Assembly: GCA_048537945.1 (NCBI GenBank) | Contig: CM108484.1 | Coordinates: forward strand, 8,995,785 to 9,059,784 | Direction of reading: 5' to 3' | Length of the DNA stretch: 64,000 nt | From: Mnemiopsis leidyi | Taxonomy: Eukaryota | Part shown: piece after piece, positions 1-11,689 of the stretch | How positions within the stretch are numbered: the first letter of the stretch is position 1 | Layout of the letters: each line of letters opens with the position of its first letter | The notes under the pieces: model-generated | Databases searched by the model: none | Told to the model about the DNA's origin: nothing | What the model saw: the letters and a program-made list of their open reading frames with translations, nothing else | Position numbers and translations under genes: made by a program

Positions 1-827
1 TGCTGGGTCTTCTCACTTACCGTGTCCATTGGGGGCAAGGTTTGATGACGCGGCTGAGGAGGTGCCTGAAGAGCGATCAGTTCAATTTATCCAATATTTA
101 TGCCTGTCTCAACTCCCTTGCTCAATCATTGAGAGTGAGGCATCAAATGTTTGAAACTCTTTTTGTAATTAGCACAAATTTGAAGTATTGAGAGCAAAGT
201 GTAGTATACTGTATGGCAATTAGGAGCTTTAGCTTGCGGGTGTCCAGAGAACAGTTTACGGTTAAGTTCTTAGCGCAATACCAGTTATCATAGTCCAATG
301 CTCGTATAAATGTGGGTTTACGCAAAATGCTGACACGGTAGTGGTCTCATAATAATTTACGTCTTTGAAACATAATCTTTATGCTGCTTCCAAACATAAA
401 CCTAAAGTTTCAATAAGTTTGCAGAAATATAGTTTCATTAAGTTGGAAGAAAAATGTCGGTACCTTCTTTACATCTTCTCTAGGGAGGTTGGAGTAGTCG
501 TTGGAGTAGGATGGGCGGTTGTTTGCGGAGCTGGTTCTAGGGACCACGCTGTTGCGAGAAGGTGGAGGAGGGTGGGTGGCGACATTATCGTTAATGCTGC
601 TCACACTTCCACTCTGCGGGTTTGATAAGATGATTATCTTATTTAAATTCAACAGATTTTGCCAGTTCACCGGACAGACTGATCTTAATTTAGTAGCCAT
701 ATATAGCAATACCTGAGCTTGAAACAGCTATTTATGCAAAATATATTGATCTTGAAGAGTTGTGAGGCAAAGGTTGTGAGACCTAGGTCTAAATTCTAGC
801 CAGGCTTTCAAAATCACCCCTTACGGC

Positions 828-1070
828 TTACAGTACATAATAAGCACATTGCAAAATGCAAAGCGACTTGATCCCGGTCACTGTACAAATAGAAACTCTA
901 ACCGAGGAATGAGGAAGATCGTAATCGTATGTCTTGTTTTGCGAGAGCATGGTCTGAAGTCTGCCCATCAGTTCCCGGTTCTGATTCTCCAGAAAAGTGT
1001 TCCTCTGTTCCAAGTTGTTGATTCGAAGTTGCAATGCGCTGTTCTGCTCCTTTAGGTGCGATATAACACG
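828..1070 (-). CDS. Tentative terminal coding exon of a leucine-zipper protein (TSC22-box-like?), ending ...RVISHLKEQNSALQLRINNLEQRNTFLENQNRELMGRLQ... then stop
   Basis: Minus-strand ORF with heptad leucines (L at 7-residue spacing). The acceptor ctttcag precedes the exon. The junction with the upstream exon gives ...YIDNKTIMIAKVDSQQ|RVISHLKEQ..., which resembles the TSC22 box (AIDNKIEQAMDLVKSHL...). Confidence 0.3.
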   Translation of the reverse strand, partial: RVISHLKEQNSALQLRINNLEQRNTFLENQNRELMGRLQTMLSQNKTYDYDLPHSSVRVSICTVTGIKSLCILQCAYYVL

Positions 1071-1188
1071 CTGAAAGTTTATCAAAACTTAGAATGGTGT
1101 AGATTACAATATTTTTGATGAAAAGTGCAGACTCTTGACAGCGGCTTGTCGCAACACGACAAGGCGCTACAAAAATTACACACAATAC

Positions 1189-1372
1189 CTGTTGAGAGTC
1201 GACTTTTGCAATCATAATGGTCTTGTTATCAATGTAATCGTCTCTCTCTGGAACCTGGTCGTAGACGGGCGAGGAGTGTCCCTCCTCCGTGTCCTGGAGC
1301 AGTCCCTCGTCGTACACCGGCTCGTTGTCGCTGTACTCGCTCGGCACTTCGCAGTAGGACGGTTCGTCGTCA
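1189..1372 (-). CDS. Upstream coding exon of the same gene (acidic region PSEYSDNEPVYDEGLLQDTEEGHSSPVYDQVPERDDYIDNKTIMIAKVDSQQ)
   Basis: The open frame ends at donor CAACAG|GTATTG and is frame-compatible with the 828-1070 exon. The 5' boundary is approximate. Confidence 0.3.
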
Positions 1373-3125
1373 TCTGGGAAAACGTCTGGTTATGTTACTG
1401 TGAAAATAAGGTGGGGGAGACATTAAGCAATGATGCGATGCAAGGTAGAGGGTATCAAGAGACATTTACAGGATAGTGGAAGATTTGAATAAAAAGATTT
1501 GCTGAAAAACTGGGGATTTCTAAATACAAGTACGAGTAATAAAGAGAGAAGTAATCTACGTTCTAGAACCCCAAACAACCTGGGATCAGTCCTAGAGTGA
1601 CAGCTAGTGTAGGGTTTATAGAAAGATCGGAGTAGTCACTATTGATCTCACACTCTCTACCGCTCCTTGGCTCACTTTCTAACTCTCCCTCCTCCTCAAG
1701 GACAGCGATCCCCTCCTGGTCAGAATCCTTACGGCGCTTAGTGCAGCCACATAGAAATGAAACCATACACAGTGTACACTGAACAAAACTCAGAAAAGGA
1801 GGGTTTACGATTTCAATACGCAAAGTCACACTGTGAAGAATTGTTATCATATATCATGTATCTTATCTCTCATGACTGCCAGCACCACAGCGCTCTACTC
1901 AGAATCCAGATTAATGCAGGCACCAGGCATTGACGGAAATTAGAACTTATGTCACGTTCGGGGCAACGTTGAAAAATTGCCCTTGTCCTATAACTCTACA
2001 TTCTGCGCCGCAAGATTTCTAGATATACTTTAGGTAATGTCTATACGAATATGATTTGAAATTTAACAGACATGATCGTTATGCACAATAAAGCATATCA
2101 ATCTGCTTAGGCCCCGCAGCAATGATAGAGGAGGGGCAGTGGGTCGCTATAGTAACTATTTATAAAAACCTCTTGTATATGTGTAGGTGACCTCTGGTAT
2201 AAGTTAGCACAGCGCGAATCTTTAAGAATTTTTCGACAAAAAGCTTGCTTGTAGTAGGATGTAAGCTTTTTATAAGTACAAGAAAACTAACATGATCCAT
2301 AGCTGACGTTAGTTGCGGGCCGAGAAATTTGCTCCCTCCGCTTGCCCTCCTCAAGGATGTGAGCGATGAGGATTGCGAAATCTTTAGCGCTGAGCGTCCC
2401 CAACTTTTGTCGACCCTGTCGCAAAAGGTATGTGTAAAATAGATCACCGAATAGTTGATACCGCATCATTTGTATCCTTGAGTCTTGTAATGAAACAAAT
2501 TAATCGACATCTTCTCAAAAGAAGGATTCATTAAAGATCTCTGCATTATAGATGGAGGAGAAGAAGACGATTAATTCAGATAATAAAACGTTGAGAATTC
2601 TGTCGAGGTTGTCTATAGGTTGTGATCAATGAGAAATGACATACTTAACATTGTTACTCTAATATTGAATTAAAATTTAATTTGAAGTTTAGGTTTGAGG
2701 AAGCTTCGATATGAACCAGAAAATTACCTGATTCCTCAACGAGCTGAAGGTGGGATTTGTTGGAAGGAAGCGAACGTCTAGGCCATTGTTGTTTTTGCCA
2801 GCTTTCCACACTGACAAGGGCATTAAAATACATATTCATGTGTTTAGTAAACGATTAAAGGTCAAAGGTGCAAAATAAATAACATTTTCTATGTGTCCTG
2901 TTGTTGGTGGTCAGAAGAGAAACACACAGATAATAAGGGCTTGAAATCTTCGTTTAGTTACATCATAAGAGCCTCAAATTATTTATTAATTAGTAGTAAT
3001 TGTTGAAAGTATTAAAATATATCCTTGTACTCTAAGCAATGCACAGACAATGAGTTAAATTATCTTCACAGCCTTGGGACAAAATGAAAAAAGTCCACGA
3101 CTTAAAAGTACAAAAATTCAACTAC

Positions 3126-3198
3126 CTTGTTCGGTTTCACGTCGGTCTACTTCATCGAAAATATCGGCAGCAAGTTCCTCAAACGCTTGGTTGTCAAG
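3126..3198 (-). CDS. Tentative internal exon encoding LDNQAFEELAADIFDEVDRRETEQ, a Spa2/GIT SHD-like motif
   Basis: Bounded by acceptor tttcag| and donor CAAG|GTAGTT. The DIFDEVDRRE motif resembles the Spa2-homology-domain repeat. Other exons of this gene were not found. Confidence 0.2.
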
Positions 3199-3406
3199 CT
3201 GAAACGGTAAAATTGTCATTCAACTTAAATCAGATAAGCGCCAGGCGCCTTGTTTCTGCTTCAGTTTGCGAATCGATAAGGAGTTGTTATCGTGTTTGGG
3301 TGGTAAACCTATTTCAGATCAACATTACAAGAAAATTTGTTTCCCAGAGCGCTTGCAACAAGTGATTATGTATGAAAATGAAAATATTACTGTAGTTATT
3401 GTGTCG

Positions 3407-3596
3407 TAATTATGTCAGGTTACCTGACTCAGGTAGTAATAATGTCAGGTTACCTGACTTCGGTAGTAATAATGTCAGGTTAACTGACTCAGGTAGTAAT
3501 AATGTCAGGTTAACTGACTCAGGTAGTAATAATGTCAGGTTAACCGACTCAGGTAGTAATAATGTCAGGTTAACTGACTCAGGTAGTAATAATGTC
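3407..3596. repeat. Minisatellite, 30-bp unit gtcaggttacctgactcaggtagtaataat in about 6.5 copies; each unit contains the 15-bp palindrome gtcaggtTAcctgac
   Basis: Direct tandem periodicity is visible in the sequence. ORF 3399-3614 is an artefact of the repeat. Confidence 0.9.
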
Positions 3597-4244
3597 GTGA
3601 TCTCCCCCTGTTAAGATTATTTCCGAAAGTCAGGGGATCCACTCTCCATTCTGTATTGTTATCAAAAGCAATTCCCACTTACCATTTTGAGCTTGTTTTG
3701 CGCTTCGATCACGGAAGGTCCCCTGAAAATTACAACTTGGTGAGAATTTAAGTTTTCATACAGAGGATATCATGGATGTTTGCCGTTAGCACTCGTCAAA
3801 ATTGAATTAATTATTTAACCATATATTTCACGATGTCAGTTTAACTTTCCGAGATCTATTCTTGCTTAAAAGTAATTATTACTATTTTTTCTAGCTACCT
3901 CAAGTCGTCTTGCTTTTAATTAATTTTGTTTTGGATAAATGATTGTTCAAGCTTACAGATTTAGTTTTGGATCCTAAAAGAGAGTTAATACCTCTTATTT
4001 TTAAAGCCATCATTAATGTGGTTTTAGCTATGCCAACATTACCAATTACTGTCAAAATGATAATACATCGATCTTGGTAAGTAAAGCAAACGTAAAAAAT
4101 TAAGATTTTCCGTCGTACATAAAAGATACGAAATCAAAAAATTTATCAGCACGGAAACTGCTTCTTCATAATGATCAAACAAAAAAAACAAACAAAATGT
4201 GACTCGAGAATTTCCAAAATACAAAACTGAGTCCACACAGCTCA

Positions 4245-6362
4245 TCAGTGCAAGGATCTCCCAACTGCAATGTCTGAAACAAGTTTCTCCGCCTCAAGCA
4301 GTACATTCAACATCTTGCTACTTGCTTTGCGTTTTCTGGTTATCTTATCAGATTCCTGAACCAAGTCTGCTATCATCTCTTTTGTGTACAGAGACTGTAT
4401 CAGGAGACTGCTAAGGTGAGTTGATAGCTTTCTGACAAAGAATTTCATGACGACTTTAGGTATTGTATCAACGAGATGAGCTCGAACAATACAAAAGTAG
4501 TGTATAAGAAGTTTCTCCATCAACTCTGCTTCTTTGTTAGCTCTTTCTTCGCTCGAGGCGTCTTCCCCTCTCATGTATCTGGTCATCAGTTTCTCCAGGG
4601 CACTTTCCTTGGTTGTGGGCTGATGGTATGTATTGCTCAAGGCTATGCTGTTGGGATTCTGTTTTAGTTTTAGTTTCTCTTTTTCCTCGTCGTGCTCTGC
4701 GAAGAGAGCTGCTGCAACCTGATATCTTTCGATAAACTCCGGATGGTTGGTGTTGATGTAGGCCTTTTCAACCTCCAGATACTCGGCCAAGAACTCCTTA
4801 GCGTCACGAGATTGCTTCATAAGAAAATCTTTAGAAATATTGACCACCTCGCGTTCTAGCTTGGGAAACCTCATCATCACTTTGGCAGCAATCATATCGA
4901 TAGCCTCTGCGATACACTGGTGAGATTTTGAAATAGCATGTTCAGACGGCAAATCAAAGAGATCAAGCTGTTTCAAAATGAGTGTGTTGAACACTCCGTC
5001 AGGAATGAACAAGGCAGGTTGCACGCCGCTTGTTCCCCGGATGACCTCTTTGAGGTTCTTCAAGTTTTTGTCAGCAGGGATAGCTGATAGTGCACTGGTG
5101 CAGTCTCGCTGAAAGACGTTGAACAGTTCAGCCCCAGCAGATGTTTGTTCGGTGACCAGTTTCACTTCGTCTTCTGATTTTATAGATGCTTGAAGCTGGG
5201 TTGACATGCTCTTTTTCACTGGTTTCAGTTTCTTACCAGGCCTCGTGACATTGTAAACAAACTTTCCATCAATGGATTTAGCGATACTATCAGTAAATTT
5301 AGACAAAAGTAGGATCATGGTTTGGTTAGGATCCGTTGGCTCCTCCCCTAAATCTTTTAGGATATCCCGGTGATATGCCTGTTGAACGGATATTTTGTCA
5401 GCTAGAATAGGTAAACACTTCTTCAAATGACTTATGAGGATATCACATAACTGGGTTGTGAGGTACTCAGTGCCCATTCTGTCGGCAAATCCGGGATAGT
5501 TTGCAAGAAAGAAATCCTCTTCCAGTGCAATGATTTTCTCAATAGGTGTTTTTTCAGTCAGCTGTTTGTTGTTTCTGTTTATGACTCCAATGAGTCCTAG
5601 TTTGACGTCCACAGAAGATCCGTTCAAGACGGCGGTTGACTCTTCGTTGTTTTCCATAAGATCACACTTTGTTATGACGGCAATGGTGCGCGATCCAGTG
5701 GGGTCAACTTCTCTGGCCAGCTTTAGAGAGTCCGAGTTAGCGATGTCAACATTTCCAGCCGAGACCGCTAAAATTATACTGTTTTCCTTCACGATGTATG
5801 AGCGGACAAGCTTCTCTATCCGTTGGTCTATGTCCCTCGGTTGATCTCCAACTGGAATCTTGGTGAGACCTGGCAGGTCTACTAGCGTTAGAGACGGGAT
5901 TTTGGTGGAGTAAAGTTTAAGGTGGATAGGGTCATCAGATATTCCTTTATTGGAGCCACACTTCTTATTTGTGTCATCAATAATTTCTTTTTGAATCGAA
6001 TCCATGTTGGTGTAAATCATATCACCACGATGAAGAAATTGAGCCCAGGTTTCAAAACTTTGATCTGGAACTGAAAGCTTGGTAGGATTCTGTACCTTTT
6101 CAGCCCACGAATCGTGATTTGAGCCCCGAATTACTTTTTTGCAGGGAGCTTTTATCATCTGCAAAACAAGAGGTCTTCGGGTAACGATTCCCATTCCTCG
6201 GGGGAGAAAGTTTTGCTTGGCAATGTTTTCAAGAACAGAACTTTTGCCTGTAGATTGAGAACCCACGACTACAATCTGAGGAAGATCTATCTCTTTTGTA
6301 GAAACGCCAGCAGTAGTGAATACATCTTGAAGCCTGTTTAGCGTGGCCAGAAATCGGTCCAT
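4245..6362 (-). CDS. Dynamin-related GTPase, Drp1/DNM1L-like, 705 aa, intronless
   Basis: Single uninterrupted ORF. G1 P-loop GSQSTGKSS, G3 DLPGLTK and G4 TKCD motifs are present. There is collinear similarity to Drp1 (LPQIVVVG.QS.GKSSVLE, RRPLVLQ, IILAV..AN.D.ANSD.LK.AREVDP.G.RT..VITK.DLM) and a C-terminal GED-like region (MIADLVQESDKITRKRKASSKMLNVLLEAEKLV). The start ATG is in context aaagtATGG. Confidence 0.85.
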   Translation of the reverse strand: MDRFLATLNRLQDVFTTAGVSTKEIDLPQIVVVGSQSTGKSSVLENIAKQNFLPRGMGIVTRRPLVLQMIKAPCKKVIRGSNHDSWAEKVQNPTKLSVPDQSFETWAQFLHRGDMIYTNMDSIQKEIIDDTNKKCGSNKGISDDPIHLKLYSTKIPSLTLVDLPGLTKIPVGDQPRDIDQRIEKLVRSYIVKENSIILAVSAGNVDIANSDSLKLAREVDPTGSRTIAVITKCDLMENNEESTAVLNGSSVDVKLGLIGVINRNNKQLTEKTPIEKIIALEEDFFLANYPGFADRMGTEYLTTQLCDILISHLKKCLPILADKISVQQAYHRDILKDLGEEPTDPNQTMILLLSKFTDSIAKSIDGKFVYNVTRPGKKLKPVKKSMSTQLQASIKSEDEVKLVTEQTSAGAELFNVFQRDCTSALSAIPADKNLKNLKEVIRGTSGVQPALFIPDGVFNTLILKQLDLFDLPSEHAISKSHQCIAEAIDMIAAKVMMRFPKLEREVVNISKDFLMKQSRDAKEFLAEYLEVEKAYINTNHPEFIERYQVAAALFAEHDEEKEKLKLKQNPNSIALSNTYHQPTTKESALEKLMTRYMRGEDASSEERANKEAELMEKLLIHYFCIVRAHLVDTIPKVVMKFFVRKLSTHLSSLLIQSLYTKEMIADLVQESDKITRKRKASSKMLNVLLEAEKLVSDIAVGRSLH

Positions 6363-6397
6363 ACTTTATATTACCCTTAAACGAACAGTATAGGTTA

Positions 6398-7022
6398 TTA
6401 AGGGGGAATTGTAAAAATTTAGCTAGACCAACGGACTGTACAGTAACCTAAAGCACCCTAATGGGCATCAAATGCACCACTTATTTTTTGATTCTAAGAT
6501 GACGCATTTTTAAAAATCGCAAAAAGAAAATTTTTCCGAGAATTTGGAAATTTATGGAAATTTACATTGCATGAATAAAACTCAGCCGTTTCTAATTGAA
6601 TCATGCTGAAAATTTGCACGAATTTTATTTATACCTTTGTTAAGCAGCTGTAAAAATTTCACGAAAAACTAATAAAAGTTGACTCAATGGCACCTGTCCA
6701 AAGTTGCCAAGTCCCAAAAATTTCTTTTTTATGTTAACTAACTTTGAAAATTTGCACACGCTACTGTGAAGTGTCAAGCACCTTGAAACTTTGCATACAG
6801 GTAGAAGACAGCGATAGAAAAATTTTGATGCTATGTAAAGTCTGTTTCCAAGGAAAGGGGAAAGATTTATGGACACTTCAAATAAAAGTAGCAATTTATC
6901 TGCCAAATTTCAACTTGAAGACAAAAAAATGTTAGAGCCACCCTTGAGTTGTCTAAATGCCAGATATAAGGTCACTCTTTACGAACATACTTTATCCGAC
7001 CCGGGTGTATTGGTTTTGGGCT
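6398..7022. repeat. Left arm of a large inverted repeat (foldback structure)
   Basis: This arm is the reverse complement of 7441-8078 with a few indels. ORFs 6640-6906(-) and 7550-7837(+) encode near-identical peptides, which is a symptom of the inverted repeat and not of genes. Confidence 0.9.
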
Positions 7023-7440
7023 TAAAATATGATATCAGATACATTTAAACTCTACCATATTTTGTCACTCTTGGACAACTATTGTTCTCTAGCGCATACA
7101 TCTTTCATTTTAGACTATTCTAGACCTCGGCAAACGTATTTTTTGGTAGAAATTAGCTAAGGAGGTCTCTTTCACAACAATACAAAGATAAACATTTTCT
7201 TACTCAAAAGAAAAATCTTTTGCAAGGGTCCCCCCTTGTGTTCAAAATCGAGAATTTTTAAGAAAAACTCATTAGTCACAAAGATTGTTATGACACACTT
7301 TCTTAGACTATTTTTAAACATAGAATTCAAATATGACCATGAAAATTGTTCAAAATTTTCAGAAAAGGCAAAACAAAGAAAAATATACATAAATCACACA
7401 AAGTGTTGTTATGGTAAACATAAAATAGTGTTCGATTTAC

Positions 7441-8078
7441 AGCCCAAAACCAATACACCCGGGTCGGATAAAGTATGTTTGTGAAAAGTGACCTTATATC
7501 TGGCATTTAGACAACTCAAGGGTGGCTCTTACAATTTTTTGTCTTCAAGTTGAAATTTGGCAAAAAAATGCTACTTTTATTTCAAGTGTCCATAAATCTT
7601 TCCCCTTTCCTTGGAAACAGACTTTTCATAGCATCAAAATTTTTCTATTGCTGTCCTCTACCTGTGTGCAAAGTTTCAAGGTGCTTGACACTTCACAGTA
7701 GCATGTGCAAATTTTCAAAGTTAGTTAACATAAAAAAGAAATTTTTGGGACTTGGCAACTTTGGACGGGTGCCATTGAGTCAACTTTTATCAGTTTTTCG
7801 TGAAATTTTAACAGCTGCTTTACAAAGGTATAAATAAAATTCGTGCAAATTTTCAGCATGATTCAACTAGAAACGGCTGAGTTTTATTCATGCAATGTAA
7901 TTTTCCAAAAATTTCCAAATGCTCGGAAAAATTTTCTTTTTGCGATTTTTAAAAATGCGTCATCTTAGAATCAAAAAATAAGTGGTGCATTTGATGCCCA
8001 TTAGGGTGCTTTAGGTTACTGTACAGTCCGTTGGTCTAGCTTCCACAAACCCCTGTTTGCTACAATTCCCCCCTTAAG
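7441..8078. repeat. Right arm of the inverted repeat; the arms are separated by a 418-bp unique spacer (7023-7440)
   Basis: See the left arm. The termini are ttaagggggaattg on the left and caattccccccttaa on the right. Confidence 0.9.
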
Positions 8079-8599
8079 CCTTGTAGCAATAAAATTATGT
8101 GAAAAATCGCAGATAATATTCAATAATTGTATTTTTCTATAGAAAGTATAATTCAAAAGGCATCCAAACGAGAATCTGATTCAAATGGTAGCATACGTAA
8201 AAAATTTCCCCTAAAACGTATCACCGTCAATCGGGCAAGCTCGAAGTCAACGAATATTGATAAGGAATAGAATAATTCTGAAGAACTCAGAAGAAATCTG
8301 GAATAGAAGTAAGTTTCACTGAATTTACACGGTCCTAACTCCTACCTTTTCTAATCTCTTATCTTGAATCCAGAAATTTGCGCTCGACAACTTAGGAGGC
8401 TAGTATATCCTAAATTCTAGACTTAAATTAAAGATGAAATTTCATATTTGGCATATATGTAATATGTAAACAGTATCACGCCACTTACAGTATGACGTCT
8501 AAGGGGGAAATGTTAAATTTTTCAAGTCGATTCGACTGTCCAGGAATTTAATGCACCTTGATAATCGGAATCAATTGCATGTCGTATATTCTTATTTAA

Positions 8600-8930
8600 A
8601 GTCGACGTATTTTAAGAAAATCGGACCATGGTAACTTTTCCGTTAAATTAAAAAATTTCGGAAATTAATATCGTGAACATGGCCGTTTCACATTTAAATA
8701 TGCTGAAAATTGAAACGAATTTGATTGATATTTTTGTTAGGCCCCGTAAGAATTTTTAGTAAACCAAAAATTTCCTAATTCTCGTATAAATTTTCATTTT
8801 GTGATTTTCTAAAATACGTCCCCAAAGAATAAAAAAGACGAGAAATTGATGCTCATAAGGGTGCTTTAAATTTTTGTACAGTCAAATCAACTAGCTGCCA
8901 CAAACCCCTGTTTTCTACATTTCTACTCAG
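8600..8930. repeat. Degenerate third copy of the outer part of the inverted-repeat arm, in the same orientation as the right arm
   Basis: Shared segments such as ...gggtgctttaaatttttgtacagtc...gccacaaacccctgtt... match 7990-8060 at about 70 percent. Confidence 0.5.
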
Positions 8931-10017
8931 ATGTCCCAAACACAATTCACATCAAAACCATTATCATTGGTACGAACTACGAATGCCAAACTTCCTAAAT
9001 CAGTCCTTTGCACAGGATTTTTCACGATTCAATAATCATATATAGTTAGTCACAGTTGTCAGTAGCAAAACTTTGTTGACGTCACTTATATGGCGCTCCA
9101 ATGATCTATAGCAAAGCTGAACAGCTGCTTTTTAATGTACATCTGCCAAATATTTGCAAGACAATGTGAAGTGAAACTGAAATATTCAAATCTATTTAAA
9201 AGTATGCAATTGAGGCTTGAGTGCTCGGCTATTGGCTAATCGCTTGAAATTGAGAATGATTTTCATTTACTGTAGTTGACAGAATTCGAGATTCACAAAA
9301 GGTCAACAGCCAATAACCTAACCCTAATTCAAACATGAAAACAGATGATTATAATTGTTTCTTCCACCAGTCCGTACAGAAACCTATGGCCTATTAAAAT
9401 GATAGCAACCTTGCTATCATTGTGGTACCTTCAATCCAATCCTTCTTTGTCCATGACTGTAAGTAGATACATTTTGAACTATTCCAGCTAACCGGACTGC
9501 TTGAGCAGCTGCGGATAGTAAGTAAAAGTTTCAATAATTCAAGGCTACACGAGACGCACTGAAACCGTAAGTGGGAAATTGATGAAAGTAAGTGTGCACA
9601 AAATAAATCAGGTACAACGTGCGCTAGTCTTGTTCCTAATTTTAATCTCTCCCTGTTAGTTGCCTGGGGAGCTCAGTCTTAGTTGCCTCAGTCTTTGTCC
9701 CCTCTCTACGGAGGAGACCGTGGAGAGAGCCGCGCAACGCCCGGTAACCTGTTTACGACTTCAAACGTAATAAAGAGGCTAGTAAAGTACGATCGATCGA
9801 GAGCTGTGCACATACAGCTCAACGTTTCGTCGCGCGCGTCCAGTCGCGCAAACTGTCACTGATTGGCGATTTGATTTTAAATATTATGTAGTCTCCGCTG
9901 CTTCCTACTCCGATAGATGTATTTCTCAAATGCAGAAGGCCTTTCGGCAAAGTTGTTCCATTGAATACCCTTAAATTGGCCGTTGCAATGGAAAACATAG
10001 AATTTTAAACTCGAAAT

Positions 10018-10835
10018 TGGAAGTGTTCCCACCGTACGATTTTCTTGAAAATTTCAGAGTATGTTCAATTTCAGAGTATGTCCAATTTGGAACAATGGAA
10101 CAAGAAAGTCCAACTCCGTGGTTTTTAAGCTATATCTCGAAAACTAAAAAATAGGCCCCCATTTTTTTCGACGAATTCTTGTAGTATTGATCGATAGGAA
10201 CATTTTGAGAAAGTGTAAAGGAAATTGTACAGTCGGAACACCTCCAAAAAGGCCTTGTTCCATGGTCAGAGTACATATTTCGAGATATTTCCTTGTGTTT
10301 GAGGTTGTATCTCGAAAACTAACACATAGACCCCCCAATTTTTTTACATTTTCTGATAGTTTAGATCAAAAGGAACATACTGTGAAAGTTTAAAGAAAAT
10401 CGCACGGTGGGAACACCTCCAAAAAGGCCTTGTTCCATTGTCAGGGTACATATTTCGAGATATTTCCTTGTGTTTGAGGTTGTATCTCGAAAACTAACAC
10501 ATAGACCCCCAAATTTTTTTACATTTCCTGATAGTTTAGATCAAAAGGAACATACTGTGAAAGTTTAAAGAAAATCGCACGGTGGAAACACCTCCAAAAA
10601 GGCCTTGTTCCATGGTCAGAGTACTTATTTCGAAATATTTCCTTGTGTTTGAGGTTGTATCTCGAAAACTAACACATAGACCCCCTAATTTTTTTACATT
10701 TTCTAATAGTTTAGATCAAAAGGAACATACTGTGAAAGTTTAAAGAAAATCGCACGGTGGGAACACCTCCAAAAAGGCCTTGTTCCAAAATTTTGGCAAT
10801 TTGGAACAATGGAACAAGAAAGTCCAACTCCTCAA
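10018..10835. repeat. Satellite block 1: ~180-bp tandem repeat, about 3.7 copies, subfamily A. It is preceded by an inverted partial unit and bounded by the motif caatttggaacaatggaacaagaaagtccaactcc
   Basis: The 178-180-bp periodicity (e.g. 10240 to 10418) was read directly. The boundary motif occurs at 10083-10117 and 10797-10833. Confidence 0.85.
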
Positions 10836-11045
10836 ATGGAACCATCTATCCACGAACATGATGGATCGATACCACCTATCCATAGGGCATTTCTTCGAAC
10901 CAAAACCACTTTTTATGACACAAGAGGGGTAGAGCAAGTCAAGACCTCGGTCTACAGTGACTTAAGGACGAATCGGCCAGATGTTACACTTGTGATGTCA
11001 CACATGTGACAAAATGTGACGTTTTCAGAACATAGTCGGATCGGG

Positions 11046-11057
11046 CCAATATATAAG
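11046..11057 (+). promoter_or_regulatory. CCAAT box followed immediately by TATATAAG, 36 bp upstream of the transposase-fragment ATG
   Basis: The sequence gggCCAATATATAAGGgagg was read directly. Confidence 0.5.
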
Positions 11058-11092
11058 GGAGGAACGATCCCGAAATATTATCGTCTTTGATA

Positions 11093-11647
11093 ATGGATCC
11101 ATCTACTACTCCAACTATCACCTTTGTTACTGGGAAGAGAGGAGCTCGCAACGCAGTCATCGACAGCTACCGGTACACCAAGAACAGACATCACAAGGAG
11201 AACACCTACTACAGATGCGTCGAACAGACTACCTGTAAGGCCCGCATCACTCTAACTGCCGGAGCCCTCTCTTCTTCTCTGCCTACACACTACCACCCGT
11301 CGCAAGAAGCAACTATCGCAGTGTTGGAAGTGAGGAACTCGATCAAGAAGCGGTCTGCGGAAACCGACTTGATTACAAAAGAGATCGTTGCTGACTCTCT
11401 TGGAGCCTTAGACTTTGAAGGGGTGGCGAACCTCAACTGCAAGATATCCTCCCTCTCGAAAATGGGTAGACGAGCACAACAGAAAGCCAACAAGACACCT
11501 CCACCCCCTACCTCTTTACGAGACATCGCCATCCCCCCTACCTACATGACGAGCTTACAAGGAGAGAACTTGCTGATCTGGGGCTCTGGATATACCGAAG
11601 AGAAATTACGGGGTTTTAGAAGATTATACATTTTGATTATTGTGTAG
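11093..11647 (+). CDS. Fragment of a FLYWCH-type zinc-finger transposase (N-terminus of a MULE/Mutator-like transposase), truncated and degenerate after about 180 aa
   Basis: The FLYWCH pattern fits: F..GKRG....SYRY.......YYRC.....CKARI.......HYHP. The downstream IPPTYMTSLQGENLL resembles the conserved start of the MULE catalytic region. The ORF then terminates early. The listed ORF starts at TTG 11087; the first ATG is at 11093. Confidence 0.5.
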   Translation: MDPSTTPTITFVTGKRGARNAVIDSYRYTKNRHHKENTYYRCVEQTTCKARITLTAGALSSSLPTHYHPSQEATIAVLEVRNSIKKRSAETDLITKEIVADSLGALDFEGVANLNCKISSLSKMGRRAQQKANKTPPPPTSLRDIAIPPTYMTSLQGENLLIWGSGYTEEKLRGFRRLYILIIV

Positions 11648-11689
11648 AATTACGATACAAAGTACCAATACAAAGCTTAATCTTAAAAT

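Noticed and set aside
3399-3614. 71-aa ORF with repeated NNVRLTDSGS peptide
   Set aside because: Artefact of the 30-bp minisatellite.
6640-7837. Two near-identical 88-95-aa ORFs on opposite strands (6640-6906 minus, 7550-7837 plus)
   Set aside because: They are mirror images created by the two arms of the 1.7-kb inverted repeat. There is no start context or coding signature.
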